Below are positions 1 through 7,030 of a DNA stretch of 39,647 nucleotides, piece by piece (position 1 is the first letter of the stretch; every line of letters begins with the position of its first letter). The position numbers and the translations under genes were made by a program. Below the pieces are notes generated by a model. That model made no database searches and was not told the DNA's origin. It saw only the letters and a list, made by a program, of their open reading frames with translations. Origin of the DNA: a virus; the IMG/VR virus record IMGVR_UViG_3300011980_000001, positions 1-39,647 of that record, one strand, 5' to 3'.

Positions 1-78
1 TATATGACAGCTTCAGTGTTTTCATCTCGTATTTCCCTTGTCCAGTCTTTAATTTCTTGACAACTGATTAGTGGCTCG
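1..78. repeat. Terminal direct repeat, copy 1 (identical to 39570..39647)
   Basis: Read directly: bases 1..78 equal 39570..39647. The repeat cuts through the start codon and RBS region of the minus-strand nuclease gene, so it looks like the overlap of a circular or circularly permuted assembly rather than a physical DTR. Confidence 0.9.
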
Positions 79-264
79 CCCCCCGTCATTGATTGATGCT
101 TCAATTACTCTGCATATAACCTCATCTAGCACCTCGGTAAGTATCATCTCAGCTGGGGTAAGGTGATTATTAGTCGCAAATACACCTATTTTTCCCCTAT
201 TGATAGAGGTCATACCGCTTCTATCTATGTTTGGTGTATACTTCCCGGGTTTGAACTGACTCAT
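49..264 (-). CDS. Hypothetical protein (71 aa)
   Basis: Tightly packed minus-strand ORF. On the closed circle its stop lies 23 nt upstream of the nuclease gene start. No motif recognised. Confidence 0.5.
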   Translation of the reverse strand: MSQFKPGKYTPNIDRSGMTSINRGKIGVFATNNHLTPAEMILTEVLDEVICRVIEASINDGGRATNQLSRN

Positions 265-701
265 TTTAGGGTAATCCTTATACTTGTGTTGCGATGTGGG
301 TTTAGCTCAATGCCCTTTGGCAATTTACCATCATTCAGCTCAATAGCAGCCTTAACCTTAGCAGTATCGATACTCTCGGTAATTTTCAGGTATTTTTTAT
401 CTGGGCGCTGGTCTGGATTAATAATGTAAACTGCGCCAGTAAATGACCGTGTAATCTTGTAACCAGTTCCTGCAATCGCCTGCCAGTTGTCACCGTACAG
501 AGCCTTAGCTTTAGCGTCGATATCTTGCTTTGCTTTGGTCTCCAGCCGTGCCACAACTTCCAATGCCTCTTCAAGTTCTTTCTTAGCTTTGACAACTTCA
601 GTAAGGCTAGCGAACACCTTGTCATTATCGCTAAGCTGCTCAGCATCAGCAATAGTTTTCTCCAACTTTTCGTCGTCAATTTTAATATTTAATTCAATCA
701 C
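261..701 (-). CDS. Hypothetical coiled-coil protein in the recombination module (146 aa; possibly Gp157-like)
   Basis: Charged helical N-half (KAKKELEEALEVVARLETKAKQD). 4-nt overlap with the next ORF. Lies directly downstream of the annealase gene. Confidence 0.55.
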   Translation of the reverse strand: MIELNIKIDDEKLEKTIADAEQLSDNDKVFASLTEVVKAKKELEEALEVVARLETKAKQDIDAKAKALYGDNWQAIAGTGYKITRSFTGAVYIINPDQRPDKKYLKITESIDTAKVKAAIELNDGKLPKGIELNPHRNTSIRITLK

Positions 702-705
702 TTTA

Positions 706-1410
706 TTACTCCTTTACTTCAGTGACTTTAATATTTTTCATCGCCTTGAGTTTTTTGGCAGTAGCTTTAGCACTGTCACGTGCCTCGTCGCTACCGACAA
801 TTTGGATTTCCATAAACTCATCAGCTTCATATACATCTGCACCGATTCCCAACAGGCTTGCGCATTTTTTGAGCGCATCGGTGGCTGCCGCCTTAAAATC
901 ATTACCTAAATCAAGCGGTATTGGTGATTTGGTGTATTCATCTATCTTACGTACACGCTTTGGCTTTCGTTTGCCATTCTTATCAGTTTCATAAATAACA
1001 GTGCCAGTTTCAGTAGTGGCGGCTTTCATTTCCCACTTCACATCAGCACGTCCAAATTGTGTTTTACGAAGTTCAACCCACTCACCGTCAGATTTTACAC
1101 GCCCTATAAGCGTACCTTTGACAACAACTGCGCCTGTCAATTTTGCGACCTCAAATGCTTCAGCAAGCGTAGTCTCAACTTCAAAGCTCCAGTTAAAACC
1201 AAACACGCTATCAAGTACTTTGCGTACATAGCTACCCTTGATGTATGTCCAACTGCCACCACCTTTAGCTGGTCTCTGGTACTTAAATCGTGATGGTGTG
1301 CTGTTCCAGATTTTCTGAATCTGGTTTTGATTCAACAGGCTCGTGGTACGTGTGACCTGTGATATGTCTAATTGTAGCTTCTCAATCTGTTGTTCAATTT
1401 TCTGTGCCAT
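706..1410 (-). CDS. Single-strand annealing protein, Rad52/Sak-like
   Basis: 234 aa with AGGAGG just upstream of the ATG. The N-terminal core RFKYQRPAKGGGSWTYIKGSYVRKVLDSVFGFNWSFEV resembles the Rad52-family annealase core. Neighbours are exonuclease and SSB-like genes. Confidence 0.7.
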   Translation of the reverse strand: MAQKIEQQIEKLQLDISQVTRTTSLLNQNQIQKIWNSTPSRFKYQRPAKGGGSWTYIKGSYVRKVLDSVFGFNWSFEVETTLAEAFEVAKLTGAVVVKGTLIGRVKSDGEWVELRKTQFGRADVKWEMKAATTETGTVIYETDKNGKRKPKRVRKIDEYTKSPIPLDLGNDFKAAATDALKKCASLLGIGADVYEADEFMEIQIVGSDEARDSAKATAKKLKAMKNIKVTEVKE

Positions 1411-1418
1411 ATATCCTC

Positions 1419-1610
1419 CTAATCCTCTCCGCCAATTATTTGTACAGTAGGTCGTTTTTTCATCTCTTTCACTACCTTCAAGGTGTCCTCTAAATCAACG
1501 GCAATACCAGACTGGAGGTTTATTAGTACATCGAGATTTCTCAATACAATTTTCATATTTTCATTCATCTCTGACAACAGTTTAATCGTCTCTTCCATCT
1601 CTAGTTCCAC
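1419..1610 (-). CDS. Hypothetical protein (63 aa)
   Basis: Co-oriented ORF overlapping the upstream ORF end by 10 nt. No motif recognised. Confidence 0.5.
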   Translation of the reverse strand: MELEMEETIKLLSEMNENMKIVLRNLDVLINLQSGIAVDLEDTLKVVKEMKKRPTVQIIGGED

Positions 1611-1861
1611 CTCTCGCCGTCAATTGATTTAATCCAGTCTGTGCCGATTTCATACACCAACTCTATAGTATTGCCCTCTTGTAGCATCGGCAATCGTTTA
1701 GCGTGTCCTGCAAATAAGCTATTTTTGATAACCTTGCCGTACTCATCGATAAAGGTTACTGGCACAAATTCGTTACGGAAAAATCCGTCATATATTGGAT
1801 TACCGACATAAGCGACAATGACCTTTGTCTTACGCCAAACTGATACTTTTGTATTATTCAT
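1601..1861 (-). CDS. Hypothetical protein (86 aa), first gene behind promoter-leader cassette copy 1
   Basis: ATG preceded by AAGAAAGGGTA. Lies immediately downstream of the TTGACA-17-TATTAT promoter. Confidence 0.6.
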   Translation of the reverse strand: MNNTKVSVWRKTKVIVAYVGNPIYDGFFRNEFVPVTFIDEYGKVIKNSLFAGHAKRLPMLQEGNTIELVYEIGTDWIKSIDGERWN

Positions 1862-1920
1862 AAGATACCCTTTCTTTTACACTTATCTTATGTATTTATA
1901 ATAGCACACCGCTCAAGCAT
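1857..1920 (-). repeat. 64-bp promoter-leader cassette, copy 1 (identical to 36979..37042)
   Basis: Perfect 64/64 identity read directly. Covers the -10 box, the whole 5' leader, the SD and the ATG. Confidence 0.9.
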
Positions 1921-1926
1921 TGTCAA
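1898..1926 (-). promoter_or_regulatory. Sigma70-type promoter (TTGACA - 17 nt - TATTAT, TGc extended -10)
   Basis: The reverse complement reads gtgTTGACAatgcttgagcggtgtgcTATTATaaa. Confidence 0.7.
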
Positions 1927-1944
1927 CACTTTTTCGAAAGATTT

Positions 1945-2241
1945 TTATACTTTCTTGCTGAGCAGTTCGTCACGCTTGCGTTTGAACGCCTGAAACGCCT
2001 CGCTATCTGGTGCAGCTCGCCTATCTTTTGACTGTCCATCTGGTAATGCTGGCGTTGAATACTCTGGCTTGCCCCAGCGCTTTGACAGTCGTGCCACTAT
2101 TCCTTTACTAAAATATTCAATCTTGCCATTGGTTAGCGTGACTGGCACAAGTTCTAATCGTTTAGCTAACTGCGCTATACGCTTCTCGTCTTGCTGAGCA
2201 ATTTGATATGTCCTACCATCGTGCGTTGTAATCTCGTACAT
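1945..2241 (-). CDS. Hypothetical protein (98 aa)
   Basis: ORF starts 1 nt after the stop of the replication gene. Basic C-terminus. No motif recognised. Confidence 0.6.
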   Translation of the reverse strand: MYEITTHDGRTYQIAQQDEKRIAQLAKRLELVPVTLTNGKIEYFSKGIVARLSKRWGKPEYSTPALPDGQSKDRRAAPDSEAFQAFKRKRDELLSKKV

Positions 2242-2242
2242 C

Positions 2243-2977
2243 TTAGAATACCTCTGACGCTGTTACATCTTCTTTAATTCTGTTCATAATTTGGTTTGAT
2301 TTAGCATAAACATCAAGCGCATTATTCACTTGCGGCTTGTATTGTGGCTGCCAGTTTTTGTAATGGTCACGCATGAATGTGAGATAGGCTATACTGATTT
2401 CTTCTGGATATGTTTTGCGCATCTCAGCAATCTTTTTCCAAATAACAGTATGGTTGGTTACTGGCAACGACAGTGCCTTAATGACTTGGCAATAAAGTTT
2501 AGAGATTTCATCATCAACACGACCTGAACGCTTGCGTTCATAGACTGTGTTATCTTTTGTGTTATCTTTTGTGTTATCTTTTGTGTTATCTTTATGAACG
2601 ACCGGATTATCCTGTTGTACAACGACCGGATTATCCTGTTGTACAACGACCGGATTATCCTGTTGATGGGATTTTACGGTTGATGAATAAACGGCTAGTG
2701 TGCGCACTATTCGTCCGTACATTCTACGCTCAACAACATAGCCAGCATTTCGCAGCCGTTTACAAGCTGCCTGAAGACCATCTCGTTTTGTGCCACAAAG
2801 TTTCTGTAACTCATCGGCACGCTTCCAGCAACCCTTTTCACCAAAGCTGGCTATCTCGGCATACAGGATTTTATCGGTTGCTTGCAATGTTTCATCAAGC
2901 AATACCTCTTTTGGTATCCAGACACCAGTAAACTGACGTTCTGGCTCAACGACTTGCTGATTCTCAAAATCATACAT
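2243..2977 (-). CDS. Replication initiator / replisome-organiser-like protein with N-terminal winged-HTH
   Basis: 244 aa. The N-terminal segment ILYAEIASFGEKGCWKRADELQKLCGTKRDGLQAACKRLRNAGYVVERR looks like a wHTH. The central part is encoded by tandem DNA repeats (QQDNPVV x3, KDNT x4). AGGGGA lies 6 nt before the ATG. Confidence 0.6.
   Translation of the reverse strand: MYDFENQQVVEPERQFTGVWIPKEVLLDETLQATDKILYAEIASFGEKGCWKRADELQKLCGTKRDGLQAACKRLRNAGYVVERRMYGRIVRTLAVYSSTVKSHQQDNPVVVQQDNPVVVQQDNPVVHKDNTKDNTKDNTKDNTVYERKRSGRVDDEISKLYCQVIKALSLPVTNHTVIWKKIAEMRKTYPEEISIAYLTFMRDHYKNWQPQYKPQVNNALDVYAKSNQIMNRIKEDVTASEVF
2547..2665. repeat. Tandem iterons inside the replication gene: about 4 x 12 bp (gtgttatctttt, 2547..2594), then about 3 x 24 bp (aacgaccggattatcctgttgtac, 2597..2665)
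   Basis: Repeats read directly. They are in frame with the CDS. Confidence 0.9.
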
Positions 2978-3014
2978 GATGTATCCCCTATTCTACAAAA
3001 CAGACCGCCAACCG

Positions 3015-3078
3015 CAATTGAATTTTGCGATAAGACGGTTAGCGACCTGTTTCGTAATTCAATTGTTATCTTATCGCA
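3015..3078. promoter_or_regulatory. Two interleaved perfect 10-bp inverted repeats in the divergent control region
   Basis: caattgaatt (3015..3024) pairs with aattcaattg (3056..3065). tgcgataaga (3026..3035) pairs with tcttatcgca (3069..3078). The order is A B A' B'. Confidence 0.75.
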
Positions 3079-3083
3079 TTACC

Positions 3084-3112
3084 ATTATACTACACTGCTC
3101 AAGTATAATCAA
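3084..3112 (-). promoter_or_regulatory. Sigma70-type promoter for the replication/early arm (TTGATT - 17 nt - TATAAT)
   Basis: The reverse complement reads cTTGATTatacttgagcagtgtagTATAATgg. The spacer is related to that of the other three conserved promoters. Confidence 0.6.
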
Positions 3113-3191
3113 GATGATTGAACAAAACTACTTTCTTGCGCAATTAAGGTGCTATGATAATCTTGTAAACAAACTAATCAAGGAGGGTTAT

Positions 3192-3689
3192 ATGGCTCTA
3201 TCTTCAAACAAACTCACTGCGTGTGACGTACACGAGGTAACCAACGTCAAACAAGCTGTGCTTGGTACTATAGCGCACACCGCTGATGGTCGTAAGTATC
3301 GCTATGCTAAAAATGGCGGCACTCAATTAGCGGCAGGCGCAACTGTCATGGCTGCGACACAGGCGGCATATACATCGACTGCTTCCAAGAAATTGGCTAT
3401 TGGCGACGCACTTGTACCAACAACTGGCACTGTCACCGCTGCTAATGCACCAAAATATGAGGACGGCACGTTGACAATCAACAACGCCAAATACCTCGCA
3501 AGCGGTGTTACACAAAATGGTGTCATCAGCCTGCAAGACGCTATTGACGTACCTGCTGCAAGTGGTGCAACAACCTCGTTAGCTATTAATCCATATTGTG
3601 GCGTTGTAGCTGGTAGCGCATCGCCTATTGGTACGGCTGAAGTAGTTGTTCCTGCGAACGCTTACTTCTGGGCTTTTGTATCCGCCTAA
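3192..3689 (+). CDS. Hypothetical Ala/Thr/Gly-rich protein (165 aa), possibly a virion or decoration protein
   Basis: AGGAGGG lies 4 nt before the ATG at 3192. The longer track ORF from 2976 overlaps promoter DNA and has no RBS. The gene is followed by its own strong terminator. Confidence 0.65.
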   Translation: MALSSNKLTACDVHEVTNVKQAVLGTIAHTADGRKYRYAKNGGTQLAAGATVMAATQAAYTSTASKKLAIGDALVPTTGTVTAANAPKYEDGTLTINNAKYLASGVTQNGVISLQDAIDVPAASGATTSLAINPYCGVVAGSASPIGTAEVVVPANAYFWAFVSA

Positions 3690-3744
3690 TCTGTGATACA
3701 ATAGCAACAAGCTGGTTACGGAATACCCTTTCTTTTCCAGCGGC

Positions 3745-3776
3745 AAATAGACTGTTTCGGCAGTCTATTTTGTTTT
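3745..3776 (+). terminator. Intrinsic terminator
   Basis: 10-bp perfect stem aaatagactg / cagtctattt with loop tttcgg, followed by tgtttt. Confidence 0.75.
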
Positions 3777-3825
3777 GTGTAATAATTTTGTATAATAAAC
3801 TCATGAACGTAAAAGAAAGGGCACT

Positions 3826-4104
3826 ATGTCTGTAGAAACAACACTTAAGCCACTTCCTGGCTATGCACTAGTAAAGCTAGGCAATCAATATAAATCAGGA
3901 TTATCAACTGAAAAAGAAAAGTACGGCACGAATACAAGTGGTACGTTAGTGGCTGCTGCTTTTGGAATTGAGCACAACATATCAGAAAGAATAATAGGCA
4001 AAGTGGTATACTTCGCTGGTTTTCAGGATGGTGAACCTATCACTGATAACGGCAACGAGTACGTGTTTGTACCTATTACTGAATTAAGGGGGGTAAAAGG
4101 ATAA
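3826..4104 (+). CDS. groES: Co-chaperonin, GroES (Cpn10)-like
   Basis: 92 aa and colinear with GroES: LKPLPGYALVK N-terminal strand, a loop-like STEKEKYGTNTSG, then GTLVAA, GKVVYF and YVFVPITELRGV. AAGAAAGGG SD. Its TAA overlaps the ATG of the next gene. Confidence 0.7.
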   Translation: MSVETTLKPLPGYALVKLGNQYKSGLSTEKEKYGTNTSGTLVAAAFGIEHNISERIIGKVVYFAGFQDGEPITDNGNEYVFVPITELRGVKG

Positions 4105-5591
4105 TGCCAAAATTGTCTACAGTACGCAATATCATCGCTGGTCGTGAACTTGACGACAAAATCAAAGAGGGTGTTGAGAAAATCTACAACGTCGCTCTTG
4201 CATCATACGGCGTGAACTCTGGTAATGTGATGATTGAACACCGCTATGGCGAACCACTGGTGTCACACGACGGTATCACTAATGTCGGTAAGTTAGTAGT
4301 CGAAGATTCAGTCGAAAATATGGTGGTGTCACTAGTGCGCCAAGCAAGTGAAAAAACTAATCGTGATGCCGGTGATGCCACAACGCTTACCGTCATTCTC
4401 TCAAAAGTTGCATACGAGTTTTGGTTGAGCAAGCACCAATTCTTTACGCCACGCCAAATCCAAAAACAGATTGATGATGTAGTAGCAAAAGTTCTTAATT
4501 ACATCAAAGAAAACAAGCACGATACTACAGACGAATTGCTGCGTGGCGTATCACGTATTTCTGCTGGTGATGAGGCTATTGGTGATATGGTATTTCACTC
4601 TGTTAAAGAATCTGGTGAATATGGCGGCATTACAGTAGTTGAAACTGCTGAACCAACTATATCTACAGAAACGGTCAAAGGTTTTACATTCAAAAAGGGC
4701 TTAAAGTCAGTAGCATTAGCAAATGACCTACAGGCTCTGAAAAGCCGTTATACTGAACCAACTGTCATTGTGATGTCAAAGCTAATCACCAAAAATGAGG
4801 ATATTCTGCCCATTCTTGACCAGACAATCATCTCTGGTGCGACTGGCATTGTACTAGTGGCTGATGTGTCTGGACAGGCTCTTGAATCAATTATTGCTAA
4901 CCGTATGAACGGCAAACTTGACATTGCGGTGGTTGAGCCGCCAGCAGTAGACCGTGATATTTTCTTGCAAGACGTGGCACAATACGCAAGCACTGTGGTG
5001 TTCTCTGAGCCAGTCGCTGACTTTGATGTGAACAAGCATTGCGGCTCTGTTGAAGAGGCGTATATTACGCTATCTGAAACAACACTAAACGGCTGCAAAA
5101 CGCCAGACAAACTAGCTGACTATATATCAAATATCAGCTCTGAGGCACGTCTTGAGGTACTCAACGGCAAGACTGTACGTATCTCTGTAGGTGCGCCAAC
5201 ACAAGCTGAGCGCCAAGAACTAAAACTGCGCATTGAGGACGCTGTGTGTGCCGCCAAAACTGCATTAACGTACGGTGTTGTACCTGGCGGCGGTGTATTC
5301 TTGCGAGATATGTTCCGTACGCTGTTTAAGCCAAATGAACAATACAGCGAATTGTCATATTTTACCAAACCATTCAGCCTGCTCACTGGCGACAATGCCA
5401 ATATGATTACCGAATACAAGGACGGTTCTGGTGTTGATATTTACACTGACAGAGGTGTTGATAACATGGTTGCTGCTGGAATTGTTGATAGTGCTAAAGC
5501 TATTGAAGAGGCGGTTGTAAACTCACACTCAATTGCCGCTCAGCTAGTATCAATTAAAACAGCATTAACATTCAAAGAGGATATGAACTAA
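4104..5591 (+). CDS. groEL: Chaperonin, GroEL (Cpn60)-like, shortened and without a GGM tail
   Basis: 495 aa and colinear with GroEL. Matches include SHDGITNVGKLVVEDSVENM ([20 protein letters not shown]), NRDAGDATTLTVIL (NDAAGDGTTTATVL), RISVGAPTQAERQELKLRIEDAV...YGVVPGGGV ([22 protein letters not shown]...EGVVAGGGV) and AAGIVDSAKA (MGILDPTKV). Confidence 0.85.
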   Translation: MPKLSTVRNIIAGRELDDKIKEGVEKIYNVALASYGVNSGNVMIEHRYGEPLVSHDGITNVGKLVVEDSVENMVVSLVRQASEKTNRDAGDATTLTVILSKVAYEFWLSKHQFFTPRQIQKQIDDVVAKVLNYIKENKHDTTDELLRGVSRISAGDEAIGDMVFHSVKESGEYGGITVVETAEPTISTETVKGFTFKKGLKSVALANDLQALKSRYTEPTVIVMSKLITKNEDILPILDQTIISGATGIVLVADVSGQALESIIANRMNGKLDIAVVEPPAVDRDIFLQDVAQYASTVVFSEPVADFDVNKHCGSVEEAYITLSETTLNGCKTPDKLADYISNISSEARLEVLNGKTVRISVGAPTQAERQELKLRIEDAVCAAKTALTYGVVPGGGVFLRDMFRTLFKPNEQYSELSYFTKPFSLLTGDNANMITEYKDGSGVDIYTDRGVDNMVAAGIVDSAKAIEEAVVNSHSIAAQLVSIKTALTFKEDMN

Positions 5592-5593
5592 AT

Positions 5594-5887
5594 ATGTTCA
5601 GTTTGCTCACAATATTACTGCTGGTAGGGCTAAATGTTCAGTTATGGCTCATTGGTCATCTTTTGTCTGAAAACGCCACACACGACGCCACAATGCGTCA
5701 AAAACTAGATGCCATCGAAAAAGATGTGAAAAAACGAGGATTTGTCACACCACCATTTGATGCCGCAAACCCTGACCGCTCTACACGTGGCTCTAGCTCA
5801 CACATCATTCAACGTAAGCCACCAGACCAGATACGTAACGAGAACTTTGAAAAAATAAAGCAGGGACAGACGTATGGGAGTTATTAG
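5594..5887 (+). CDS. Hypothetical membrane-anchored protein (97 aa)
   Basis: N-terminal hydrophobic segment MFSLLTILLLVGLNVQLWLIGHLL. Starts 2 nt after the groEL-like stop. Confidence 0.55.
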   Translation: MFSLLTILLLVGLNVQLWLIGHLLSENATHDATMRQKLDAIEKDVKKRGFVTPPFDAANPDRSTRGSSSHIIQRKPPDQIRNENFEKIKQGQTYGSY

Positions 5888-6110
5888 GGACGGAAAATAT
5901 TACCCAGATGAGCAACCGCCAAAACAACAGGTAAAACCTGTGGTTGCTCAGGTAGCAGCACGTGGTAATATAGACCGTGATTATGAAAACCATGCTCATG
6001 ACCTGATACAGCCATATTTGCCAGACGGCACGCCAAACCCTGACTTCATTGAGTGGTATCCTGAGGACGCTAAAAATTATGGATTTATTCCAGAAACAAA
6101 GGAGGATTAA
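5874..6110 (+). CDS. Hypothetical protein (78 aa)
   Basis: Co-oriented ORF with a 14-nt overlap with the upstream ORF. The RBS is weak, so the start is uncertain. Confidence 0.45.
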   Translation: MGVIRDGKYYPDEQPPKQQVKPVVAQVAARGNIDRDYENHAHDLIQPYLPDGTPNPDFIEWYPEDAKNYGFIPETKED

Positions 6111-6112
6111 CA

Positions 6113-6451
6113 ATGCCTGTAAAAAAATCACCATTCCCAGACCACGCTGAGCTGCGTGTAAAAAGCTACCGCTCAGAGATAATCGTTGATATTGTGACGA
6201 TGAGCGCTGGACTAGATATGGCGATAGCCGCTATCAAGGATGGTAATATTACTAAGAAAACACGTGAGGGACTTCGTGATTTAATTAGTCAAACCTACAT
6301 CTTGTATTCACGCAAGATTGCTCTTGGTATACTCAAGGAAGATGGCTGCGTTGATGATACAGCTAAAATAAGCAATGTATCGATTGCTTTTGACCTGCCA
6401 GATGAATATCACGATGATTTAGTTATATACTATAAACAAGACAAACAATAA
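6113..6451 (+). CDS. Hypothetical protein (112 aa)
   Basis: AAGGAGGA lies 6 nt before the ATG. Last gene of the plus-strand island, followed by a terminator. Confidence 0.6.
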   Translation: MPVKKSPFPDHAELRVKSYRSEIIVDIVTMSAGLDMAIAAIKDGNITKKTREGLRDLISQTYILYSRKIALGILKEDGCVDDTAKISNVSIAFDLPDEYHDDLVIYYKQDKQ

Positions 6452-6467
6452 TTCTTACCAAAATAAA

Positions 6468-6496
6468 ACACCGCCCCTCGCACAGGCGGTGTTTTT
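6468..6496. terminator. Bidirectional intrinsic terminator between convergent units
   Basis: Stem acaccgcc / ggcggtgt with a 9-nt loop. The plus side has a T-run (ttttt); the complementary side has tttatttt. Confidence 0.8.
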
Positions 6497-6554
6497 GTGT
6501 ACTAGATATTCCACTCGTACTGCAGGCACTTATCACCATTCGCATGATGTTTTC

Positions 6555-6893
6555 TTAAATGCCACTTCTTGACCCTACCCATACTCGTAAATACTTTCCT
6601 GACATGTACACACTCCATGGTTTGAAATTTGTACCGCCATTAGATATTTTGTATGCCCAAGCAATGTTAGTAGCTAAGTTTTGCAACTCAGCACACGATG
6701 GGCGACCAGCAATGGTTCGTATCTGCATAGCACCGCAAGATGGGGCGTGCAGCCCGCCAATTGGGTAGTTATCCCCTACAGCGTTAGTGTTACAGCCGCT
6801 CTCTGCTTTGGATATGCGTACGACAGTTTCAACGTCCCAACTATACTTGCTGGCTTCAGCACGTACAGCCTCACAACCCGTTGGCGATGCCAC
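6555..6893 (-). CDS. Lysozyme-like / lytic transglycosylase-like protein (catalytic-Glu motif AESG ... GAMQI)
   Basis: 112 aa from a GTG. Motif ISKAESGCNTNAVGDN...CGAMQI. The reading frame stays open with no start codon for a further 57 codons upstream, to 7064. Confidence 0.55.
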   Translation of the reverse strand: MASPTGCEAVRAEASKYSWDVETVVRISKAESGCNTNAVGDNYPIGGLHAPSCGAMQIRTIAGRPSCAELQNLATNIAWAYKISNGGTNFKPWSVYMSGKYLRVWVGSRSGI

Positions 6894-7030
6894 AGGTACT
6901 TTTGTGGTTGACGTTGCAACTTCCTTGCTTACTTCGTTTTGTAAAGGTGCTTGTTTCTCTTGCGCCTCGCTTTTAATCTTTGCTTGTCTAGTTAGCTCAG
7001 CGGTAGCTTTTTCTCTCTTGGCAATTTCCG

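Noticed and set aside
2547-2665. Possible CRISPR array, because of the short tandem repeats.
   Set aside because: The repeats are contiguous with no unique spacers, are in frame within a CDS, and no cas genes are present. They are interpreted as iterons.
2976-3191. The N-terminal 72 codons of the 237-aa plus-strand track ORF.
   Set aside because: This part overlaps the divergent promoter/operator DNA, has no RBS and encodes an implausible hydrophobic, Cys-rich peptide. The ATG at 3192 has a near-consensus SD.
3724-3736. An orphan copy of the leader motif (taccctttctttt, which is AAAAGAAAGGGTA on the minus strand) downstream of the 165-aa gene.
   Set aside because: No start codon lies at a workable distance and no minus-strand ORF follows. 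It is probably a remnant or a chance match. It is noted only as possible debris of a promoter-leader cassette.
3789-3796. A TGTATAAT box upstream of the groES-like gene, as a promoter.
   Set aside because: The -10 box looks good, but I could not find a convincing -35 box and the TG is not at the canonical extended -10 spacing. It is plausible but unsupported, so it is not listed as a feature.
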